From Auanema rhodensis (Eukaryota > Animalia > Nematoda), in NCBI GenBank assembly GCA_964057225.1, contig OZ059899.1, positions 18,786,001 through 18,850,000 of the forward strand: a stretch of DNA of 64,000 nucleotides. Direction: 5' to 3'. Both the position numbers and the translations under genes were made by a program. Of this stretch, positions 1 through 10,489 are shown piece after piece; the first letter of the stretch is position 1, and every line of letters starts with the position of its first letter. The notes below the pieces were generated by a model that saw only the letters and a list, made by a program, of their open reading frames with translations, made no database searches and was not told where the DNA came from.

Positions 1-351
1 CACTCAACATTGCTTCCAAAAACATTTTTACAAAAATTTTTCCGGAAAATTTCGAAACAATTTCGCAAAAAGTAGATGTTTTTAGATTCCTTTTTTCAAG
101 GCAAAGACGATGGACAATGTTATTCAACGAAAAAATTAATTCTGCAGGGTGAAAATCGAGGATATAAGTGTGAACTTATATCAGTTGATATCTCGGTGCA
201 TTTTTAAGCTAGCGCAAATCTGATAACACAGATCGACGCAGCTTAAAAAGCCGCATCGAATGCACTATACAACATTGAGAAACGCTTAATACAAAAATTA
301 GTTATGATCGTTTGAAAAATGATGCATTAGTGTATGTTGAGTCTCCATGTA
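1..351. repeat. Representative monomer (arbitrary phase), ~33% GC, rich in A/T tracts
   Basis: CACTCAACATTGCTTCC at 1 recurs at 352. Hand count: 57 C + 60 G in 351 bp, with 14 CpG. Confidence 0.97.
161..182. other. Perfect 9-bp inverted repeat GATATAAGT-GTGA-ACTTATATC (one per monomer; common variant GATGTAAGT)
   Basis: The reverse complement of GATATAAGT is ACTTATATC, with a 4-nt spacer GTGA. Function unknown. Confidence 0.9.
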
Positions 352-361
352 CACTCAACAT
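334..361. other. Perfect 9-bp inverted repeat ATGTTGAGT-N10-ACTCAACAT (one per monomer)
   Basis: Arms 334-342 and 353-361 are exact reverse complements. Confidence 0.9.
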
Positions 362-403
362 TGCTTCCAAAAACATTTTTACAAAAATTTTTCCGAAAAA
401 TTT

Positions 404-416
404 CGAAACAATTTCG
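404..416. other. Small dyad CGAAA-N3-TTTCG (alternative allele CAAAA-N3-TTTTG)
   Basis: Read directly; both major alleles are perfect 5-bp inverted repeats. Confidence 0.8.
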
Positions 417-3400
417 CAAAAAGTAGATGTTTTTAGATTCCTTTTTTCAAGGCAAAGACGATGGACATTGTTATTCAACGAAAAAATTAATTCTGCAGGG
501 TGAAAATCGAGGATATAAGTGTGAACTTATATCAGTTGATATCTCGGTGCATTTTTAAGGTAGCGCAAATCTGATAACACAGATCGACGCAGCTTAGAAA
601 TCCGCATCGAATGCACTATACTACATCGAGAAACGCTTAATACAAAAATTAGTTATGATCGTTTGAAAAAAGATGCATTAGTGTAAGTTGAGTTTCCATG
701 TACACTCAACATTGCTTCCAAAAACATTTTTACAAAAATTTTTCCGAAAAATTTCGAAATAATTTCGCAGAAAGTAGATGTTTTTAAATTCCTTTTTTCA
801 AGGCAAAGACGATGGACATTGTTATTCAACGAAAAAATTAATTCTGCAGGGTGAAAATCGAGGATATAAGTGTGAACTTATATCAGTTGATATCTCGGTG
901 CATTTTTAAGCTAGCGCAAATCTGATAACACAGATCGACGCAGCTTAAAAATCCGCATCGAATGCACTATACAACATTGAGAAACGCTTAATACAAAAAT
1001 TAGTTAAGATCGTTTGAAAAATGATGCATTAGTGTATGTTGAGTCTCCATGTACACTCAACATTGCTTCCAAAAACATTTTTACAAAAATTTTTCCGAAA
1101 AATTTCGAAACAATTTCGCAAAAAGTAGATGTTTTTAGATTCCGTTTTTCAAGGCAAAGACGATGGACAAAGTTATTCAACGAAAAAATTAATTCTGCAG
1201 GGTGAAAATCGAGGATGTAAGTGTGAACTTATATCAGTTGATATCTCGGTGCATTTTTAAGCTAGCGCAAATCTGATAACACAGATCGACGCAGCTTAGA
1301 AATCCGCATCGAATGCACTATACTACATCGAGAAACGCTTAATACAAAAATTAGTTATGATCGTTTGAAAAATGATGCATTAGTGTATGTTGAGTCTCCA
1401 TGTACACTCAACATTGCTTCCAAAAACATTTTTACAAAAATTTTTCCGAAAAATTTCGAAACAATTTCGCAAAAAGTAGATGTTTTTAGATTCCGTTTTT
1501 CAAGGCAAAGACGATGGACAAAGTTATTCAACGAAAAAATTAATTCTGCAGGGTGAAAATCGAGGATATAAGTGTGAACTTATATCAGTTGATATCTCGG
1601 TGCATTTTTAAGCTAGCGCAAATCTGATAACACAGATCGACGCAGCTTAAAAATCCGCATCGAATGCACTATACTACATCGAGAAACGCTTAATACAAAA
1701 ATTAGTTATGATCGTTTGAAAAAAGATGCATTAGTATATGTTGAGTTTCCATGTACACTCAACATTGCTTCCAAAAACATTTTGACAAAAATTTTTCCAA
1801 AAAATTTCAAAATAATTTCGCAAAAAGTAAATGTTTTTAGATTCCGTTTTTCAAGGCAAAGACGATGGACAAAGTTATTCAACGAAAAAATTAATTCTGC
1901 AGGGTGAAAATCGAGGATATAAGTGTGAACTTATATCAGTTGATATCTCGGTGCATTTTTAAGCTAGCGCAAATCTGATAACACAGATCGACGCAGCTTA
2001 AAAATCCGCATCGAATGCACTATACAACATTGAGAAACGCTTAATACAAAAATTAGTTAAGATCGTTTGAAAAAAGATGCATTAGTGAATGTTGAGTTTC
2101 CATGTACACTCAACATTGCTTCCAAAAACATTTTGACAAAAATTTTTCCAAAAAATTTCAAAATAATTTCGCAAAAAGTAAATGTTTTTAGATTCCGTTT
2201 TTCAAGGCAAAAACGATACACAATGTTATTCAACAAAAAAATTAATTCTGCAGAATGAAAATCGAGGATATAAGTGTGAACTTATATCAGTTGATATCTC
2301 GGTGCATTTTTAAGCTAGCGCAAATCTGATAACACAGATCGACGCAGCTTAAAAATCCGCATCGAATGCACTATACAACAGTGAGAAACGCTTAATACAA
2401 AAATTAGTTATGATCGTTTGAAAAATGATGCATTAGTGTATGTTGAGTTTCCATGTACACTCAACATTGCTTCCAAAAACATTTTGACAAAAATTTTTCC
2501 GAAAAATTTCAAAATAATTTTGCAAAAAGTAGATGTTTTTAGATTCCTTTTTTCAAGGCAAAGACGATGGACAATGTTATTCAACGAAAAAATTAATTCT
2601 CCAGGGTGAAAATCGAGGATGTAAGTGTGAACTTATATCAGTTGATATCTCGGTGCATTTTTAAGCTAGCGCAAATCTGATAACACAGATCGACGCAGCT
2701 TAGAAATCCGCATCGAATGCACTATACTACATCGAGAAACGCTTAATACAAAAATTAGTTATGATCGTTTGAAAAATGATGCATTAGTGTATGTTGAGTC
2801 TCCATGTACACTCAACATTGCTTCCAAAAACATTTTTACAAAAATTTTTCCGAAAAATTTCGAAACAATTTCGCAAAAAGTAGATGTTTTTAGATTCCTT
2901 TTTTCAAGGCAAAGACGATGGACATTGTTATTCAACGAAAAAATTAATTCTGCAGGGTGAAAATCGAGGATATAAGTGTGAACTTATATCAGTTGATATC
3001 TCGGTGCATTTTTAAGGTAGCGCAAATCTGATAACACAGATCGACGCAGCTTAGAAATCCGCATCGAATGCACTATACTACATCGAGAAACGCTTAATAC
3101 AAAAATTAGTTATGATCGTTTGAAAAAAGATGCATTAGTGTAAGTTGAGTTTCCATGTACACTCAACATTGCTTCCAAAAACATTTTTACAAAAATTTTT
3201 CCGAAAAATTTCGAAATAATTTCGCAGAAAGTAGATGTTTTTAAATTCCTTTTTTCAAGGCAAAGACGATGGACATTGTTATTCAACGAAAAAATTAATT
3301 CTGCAGGGTGAAAATTGAGGATATAAGTGTGAACTTATATTAGTTGATATCTCGGTGCATTTTTAAGCTAGCGCAAATCTGATAACACAGATCGACGCAG

Positions 3401-3702
3401 CTTAAAAATCCGCATCGAATGCACTATACTACATTGAGAAACGCTTAATACAAAAATTAGTTATGATCGTTTGAAAAATGATGCATTAGTGTATGTTGAG
3501 TTTCCATGTACACTCAACATTGCTTCCAAAAACATTTTGACAAAAATTTTTCCGAAAAATTTCAAAATAATTTTGCAAAAAGTAGATGTTTTTAGATTCC
3601 TTTTTTCAAGGCAAAGACGATGGACAAAGTTATTCAACGAAAAAATTAATTCTGCAGGGTGAAAATCGAGGATATAAGTGTGAACTTATATCAGTTGATA
3701 TC

Positions 3703-3769
3703 TCGGTGCATTTTTAAGCTAGCGCAAATCTGATAACACAGATCGACGCAGCTTAAAAATCCGCATCGA
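3703..3769. other. ~67-bp imperfect palindrome (one per monomer; this copy has consensus arms)
   Basis: Nested symmetrically around the loop ATAACA are TCGGTGC/GCATCGA (one G.T), ATTTTTAAGCT/AGCTTAAAAAT (11 bp perfect), GCG/CGC and ATCTG/CAGAT. Confidence 0.9.
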
Positions 3770-6700
3770 ATGCACTATACAACAGTGAGAAACGCTTAAT
3801 ACAAAAATTAGTTATGATCGTTTGAAAAATGATGCATTAGTGTATGTTGAGTTTCCATGTACACTCAACATTGCTTCCAAAAACATTTTGACAAAAATTT
3901 TTCCGAAAAATTTCAAAATAATTTTGCAAAAAGTAGATGTTTTTAGATTCCTTTTTTCAAGGCAAAGACGATGGACAAAGTTATTCAACGAAAAAATTAA
4001 TTCTGCAGGGTGAAAATCGAGGATATAAGTGTGAACTTATATCAGTTGATATCTCGGTGCATTTTTAAGCTAGCGCAAATCTGATAACACAGATCGACGC
4101 AGCTTAAAAATCCGCATCGAATGCACTATACAACATTGAGAAACGCTTAATACAAAAATTAGTTATGATCGTTTGAAAAAAGATGCATTAGTGTATGTTG
4201 AGTTTCCATGTACACTCAACATTGCTTCCAAAAACATTTTGACAAAAATTTTTCCAAAAAATTTCAAAATAATTTCGCAAAAAGTAAATGTTTTTAGATT
4301 CTTTTTTTCAAGGCAAAGACGATGGACAATGTTATTCAACGAAAAAATTAATTCTCCAGGGTGAAAATCGAGGATGTAAGTGTGAACTTATATCAGTTGA
4401 TATCTCGGTGCATTTTTAAGGTAGCGCAAATCTGATAACACAGATCGACGCAGCTTAAAAATCCGCATCGAATGCACTATACAACATTGAGAAACGCTTA
4501 ATAAAAAATTAGTTATGATCGTTTGAAAAATGATGCATTAGTGTATGTTGAGTTTCCATGTACACTCAACATTGCTTCCAAAAACATTTTGACAAAAATT
4601 TTTCCGAAAAATTTCAAAATAATTTTGCAAAAAGTAGATGTTTTTAGATTCCTTTTTTCAAGGCAAAGACGATGGACAAAGTTATTCAACGAAAAAATTA
4701 ATTCTGCAGGGTGAAAATCGAGGATATAAGTGCAAACTTATATCAGTTGATATCTCGGTGCATTTTTAAGCTAGCGCAAATCTGATAACACAGATCGACG
4801 CAGCTTAAAAATCCGCATCGAATGCACTATACAACATTGAGAAACGCTTATAACAAATATTAGTTAAGATCGTTTGAAAAAAGATGCATTAGTGTATGTT
4901 GAATTTCCATGTACACTCAACATTGCTTCCAAAAACATTTTGACAAAAATTTTTCCGAAAAATTTCAAAATAATTTTGCAAAAAGTAGATGTTTTTAGAT
5001 TCCTTTTTTCAAGGCAAAGACGATGGACAAAGTTATTCAACGAAAAAATTAATTCTGCAGGGTGAAAATCGAGGATATAAGTGTGAACTTATATCAGTTG
5101 ATATCTCGGTGCATTTTTAAGCTAGCGCAAATCTGATAACACAGATCGACGCAGCTTAAAAATCCGCATCGAATGCACTATACAACATTGAGAAACGCTT
5201 AATACAAAAATTAGTTAAGATCGTTTGAAAAAAGATGCATTAGTGTATGTTGAGTTTCCATGTACACTCAACATTGCTTCCAAAAACATTTTGACAAAAA
5301 TTTTTCCAAAAAATTTCAAAATAATTTCGCAAAAAGTAATAGTTTTTAGATTTCTTTTTTCAAGGCAAAGACGATGGACAATGTTATTCAACGAAAAAAT
5401 TAATTCTCCAGGGTGAAAATCGAGGATGTAAGTGTGAACTTATATCAGTTGATATCTCGGTGCATTTTTAAGCTAGCGCAAATCTGATAACACAGATCGA
5501 CGCAGCTTAAAAATCCGCATCGAATGCACTATACAACATTGAGAAACGCTTAATACAAAAATTAGTTATGATCGTTTGAAAAATGATGCATTAGTGTATG
5601 TTGAGTTTCCATGTACACTCAACATTGCTTCCAAAAACATTTTTACAAAAATTTTTCCGGAAAATTTCGAAACAATTTCGCAAAAAGTAGATGTTTTTAG
5701 ATTCCTTTTTTCAAGGCAAAGACGATGGACAATGTTATTCAACGAAAAAATTAATTCTGCAGGGTGAAAATCGAGGATATAAGTGTGAACTTATATCAGT
5801 TGATATCTCGGTGCATTTTTAAGCTAGCGCAAATCTGATAACACAGATCGACGCAGCTTAAAAATCCGCATCGAATGCACTATACTACATTGAGAAACGC
5901 TTAATACAAAAATTAGTTATGATCGTTTGAAAAATGATGCATTAGTGTATGTTGAGTTTCCATGTACACTCAACATTGCTTCCAAAAACATTTTGACAAA
6001 AATTTTTCCGAAAAATTTCAAAATAATTTTGCAAAAAGTAGATGTTTTTAGATTCCTTTTTTCAAGGCAAAGACGATGGACAAAGTTATTCAACGAAAAA
6101 ATTAATTCTGCAGGGTGAAAATCGAGGATATAAGTGTGAACTTATATCAGTTGATATCTCGGTGCATTTTTAAGCTAGTGCAAATCTGATAACACAGATC
6201 GACGCAGCTTAAAAATCCGCATCGAATGCACTATACAACATTGAGAAACGCTTAATACAAAAATTAGTTAAGATCGTTTGAAAAAAGATGCATTAGTGTA
6301 TGTTGAGTTTCCATGTACACTCAACATTGCTTCCAAAAACATTTTGACAAAAATTTTTCCAAAAAATTTCAAAATAATTTCGCAAAAAGTAAATGTTTTT
6401 AGATTCCTTTTTTCAAGGCAAAGACGATGGACAATGTTATTCAACGAAAAAATTAATTCTCCAGGGTGAAAATCGAGGATGTAAGTGTGAACTTATATCA
6501 GTTGATATCTCGGTGCATTTTTAAGCTAGCGCAAATCTGATAACACAGATCGACGCAGCTTAAAAATCCGCATCGAATGCACTATACAACATTGAGAAAC
6601 GCTTAATACAAAAATTAGTTATGATCGTTTGAAAAATGATGCATTAGTGTATGTTGAGTTTCCATGTACACTCAACATTGCTTCCAAAAACATTTTTACA

Positions 6701-8383
6701 AAAATTTTTCCGGAAAATTTCGAAACAATTTCGCAAAAAGTAGATGTTTTTAGATTCCTTTTTTCAAGGCAAAGACGATGGACAATGTTATTCAACGAAA
6801 AAATTAATTCTGCAGGGTGAAAATCGAGGATATAAGTGTGAACTTATATCAGTTGATATCTCGGTGCATTTTTAAGCTAGCGCAAATCTGATAACACAGA
6901 TCGACGCAGCTTAAAAATCCGCATCGAATGCACTATACTACATTGAGAAACGCTTAATACAAAAATTAGTTATGATCGTTTGAAAAATGATGCATTAGTG
7001 TATGTTGAGTCTCCATGTACACTCAACATTGCTTCCAAAAACATTTTTACAAAAATTTTTCCGAAAAATTTCGAAACAATTTCGCAAAAAGTAGATGTTT
7101 TTAGATTCCTTTTTTCAAGGCAAAGACGATGGACAATGTTATTCAACGAAAAAATTAATTCTGCAGGGTGAAAATCGAGGATATAAGTGTGAACTTATAT
7201 CAGTTGATATCTCGGTGCATTTTTAAGCTAGCGCAAATCTGATAACACAGATCGACGCAGCTTAAAAATCCGCATCGAATGCACTATACAACATTGAGAA
7301 ACGCTTAATACAAAAATTAGTTATGATCGTTTGAAAAATGATGCATTAGTGTATGTTGAGTTTCCATGTACACTCAACATTGCTTCCAAAAACATTTTTA
7401 CAAAAATTTTTCCGGAAAATTTCGAAACAATTTCGCAAAAAGTAGATGTTTTTAGATTCCTTTTTTCAAGGCAAAGACGATGGACAATGTTATTCAACGA
7501 AAAAATTAATTCTGCAGGGTGAAAATCGAGGATATAAGTGTGAACTTATATCAGTTGATATCTCGGTGCATTTTTAAGCTAGCGCAAATCTGATAACACA
7601 GATCGACGCAGCTTAAAAATCCGCATCGAATGCACTATACAACATTGAGAAACGCTTAATACAAAAATTAGTTATGATCGTTTGAAAAATGATGCATTAG
7701 TGTATGTTGAGTTTCCATGTACACTCAACATTGCTTCCAAAAACATTTTGACAAAAATTTTTCCGAAAAATTTCAAAATAATTTTGCAAAAAGTAGATGT
7801 TTTTAGATTCCTTTTTTCAAGGCAAAGACGATGGACAAAGTTATTCAACGAAAAAATTAATTCTGCAGGGTGAAAATCGAGGATATAAGTGTGAACTTAT
7901 ATCAGTTGATATCTCGGTGCATTTTTAAGCTAGCGCAAATCTGATAACACAGATCGACGCAGCTTAAAAAGCCGCATCGAATGCACTATACAACATTGAG
8001 AAACGCTTAATACAAAAATTAGTTATGATCGTTTGAAAAATGATGCATTAGTGTATGTTGAGTCTCCATGTACACTCAACATTGCTTCCAAAAACATTTT
8101 TACAAAAATTTTTCCGAAAAATTTCGAAACAATTTCGCAAAAAGTAGATGTTTTTAGATTCCTTTTTTCAAGGCAAAGACGATGGACAATGTTATTCAAC
8201 GAAAAAATTAATTCTGCAGGGTGAAAATCGAGGATATAAGTGTGAACTTATATCAGTTGATATCTCGGTGCATTTTTAAGCTAGCGCAAATCTGATAACA
8301 CAGATCGACGCAGCTTAAAAATCCGCATCGAATGCACTATACAACATTGAGAAACGCTTAATACAAAAATTAGTTATGATCGT

Positions 8384-10489
8384 TTGAAAAAAGATGCATT
8401 AGTGTATGTTGAGTTTCCATGTACACTCAACATTGCTTCCAAAAACATTTTGACAAAAATTTTTCCAAAAAATTTCAAAATAATTTCGCAAAAAGTAAAT
8501 GTTTTTAGATTCTTTTTTTCAAGGCAAAGACGATGGACAATGTTATTCAACGAAAAAATTAATTCTCCAGGGTGAAAATCGAGGATGTAAGTGTGAACTT
8601 ATATCAGTTGATATCTCGGTGCATTTTTAAGGTAGCGCAAATCTGATAACACAGATCGACGCAGCTTAAAAATCCGCATCGAATGCACTATACAACATTG
8701 AGAAACGCTTAATACAAAAATTAGTTATGATCGTTTGAAAAATGATGCATTAGTGTATGTTGAGTTTCCATGTACACTCAACATTGCTTCCAAAAACATT
8801 TTTACAAAAATTTTTCCGGAAAATTTCGAAACAATTTCGCAAAAAGTAGATGTTTTTAGATTCCTTTTTTCAAGGCAAAGACGATGGACAATGTTATTCA
8901 ACGAAAAAATTAATTCTGCAGGGTGAAAATCGAGGATATAAGTGTGAACTTATATCAGTTGATATCTCGGTGCATTTTTAAGCTAGCGCAAATCTGATAA
9001 CACAGATCGACGCAGCTTAAAAATCCGCTTCGAATGCACTATACAACATTGAGAAACGCTTAATACAAAAATTAGTTAAGATCGTTTGAAAAAAGATGCA
9101 TTAGTGAATGTTGAGTTTCCATGTACACTCAACATTGCTTCCAAAAACATTTTGACAAAAATTTTTCCAAAAAATTTCAAAATAATTTCGCAAAAAGTAA
9201 ATGTTTTTAGATTCCGTTTTTCAAGGCAAAAACGATACACAATGTTATTCAACAAAAAAATTAATTCTGCAGAATGAAAATCGAGGATATAAGTGTGAAC
9301 TTATATCAGTTGATATCTCGGTGCATTTTTAAGCTAGCGCAAATCTGATAACACAGATCGACGCAGCTTAAAAATCCGCATCGAATGCACTATACAACAG
9401 TGAGAAACGCTTAATACAAAAATTAGTTATGATCGTTTGAAAAATGATGCATTAGTGTATGTTGAGTTTCCATGTACACTCAACATTGCTTCCAAAAACA
9501 TTTTGACAAAAATTTTTCCAAAAAATTTCAAAATAATTTCGCAAAAAGTAAATGTTTTTAGATTCTTTTTTTCAAGGCAAAGACGATGGACAATGTTATT
9601 CAACGAAAAAATTAATTCTCCAGGGTGAAAATCGAGGATGTAAGTGTGAACTTATATCAGTTGATATCTCGGTGCATTTTTAAGGTAGCGCAAATCTGAT
9701 AACACAGATCGACGCAGCTTAAAAATCCGAATCGAATGCACTATACAACATTGAGAAACGCTTAATACAAAAATTAGTTATGATCGTTTGAAAAATGATG
9801 CATTAGTGTATGTTGAGTTTCCATGTACACTCAACATTGCTTCCAAAAACATTTTTACAAAAATTTTTCCGGAAAATTTCGAAACAATTTCGCAAAAAGT
9901 AGATGTTTTTAGATTCCTTTTTTCAAGGCAAAGACGATGGACAATGTTATTCAACGAAAAAATTAATTCTGCAGGGTGAAAATCGAGGATATAAGTGTGA
10001 ACTTATATCAGTTGATATCTCGGTGCATTTTTAAGCTAGCGCAAATCTGATAACACAGATCGACGCAGCTTAAAAATCCGCTTCGAATGCACTATACAAC
10101 ATTGAGAAACGCTTAATACAAAAATTAGTTAAGATCGTTTGAAAAAAGATGCATTAGTGAATGTTGAGTTTCCATGTACACTCAACATTGCTTCCAAAAA
10201 CATTTTGACAAAAATTTTTCCAAAAAATTTCAAAATAATTTCGCAAAAAGTAAATGTTTTTAGATTCCGTTTTTCAAGGCAAAAACGATACACAATGTTA
10301 TTCAACAAAAAAATTAATTCTGCAGAATGAAAATCGAGGATATAAGTGTGAACTTATATCAGTTGATATCTCGGTGCATTTTTAAGCTAGCGCAAATCTG
10401 ATAACACAGATCGACGCAGCTTAAAAATCCGCTTCGAATGCACTATACAACATTGAGAAACGCTTAATACAAAAATTAGTTAAGATCGT
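8384..10489. repeat. Local trimeric (1053-bp) duplication
   Basis: Variant order in units 8384/8735/9086 repeats in 9437/9788/10139, including TTCTTT, GGTAGC, CCGCTTCG and the highly divergent monomer type. Confidence 0.8.

Noticed and set aside
161-182. Rho-independent terminator or bacterial promoter/operator
   Set aside because: The stem is AT-rich with no following U-tract, and the context is satellite DNA with no credible gene.
176-230. Hammerhead ribozyme as in some transcribed satellites
   Set aside because: CTGATAA (+) and CTGATAT (-) do not match the required CUGANGA core, and I could not build the three-way junction with GAAA and NUH. An Rfam/Infernal scan would be definitive.
1-351. 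Assignment to a named satellite of similar length (e.g. Drosophila 1.688/359-bp or tenebrionid ~350-360-bp families)
   Set aside because: Only length and AT content are similar. I cannot recognise sequence identity, so a BLAST/Dfam search is needed.
1-351. Monomer as a dimer of two ~175-bp subunits
   Set aside because: No alignable halves by eye; only a short CAACATTG duplicate (5-12, 270-277) at the wrong spacing.
401-428. CENP-B box
   Set aside because: TTCG-N4-A is present but the CGGG half is missing (about 6 of 9 essential bases), which is expected by chance.
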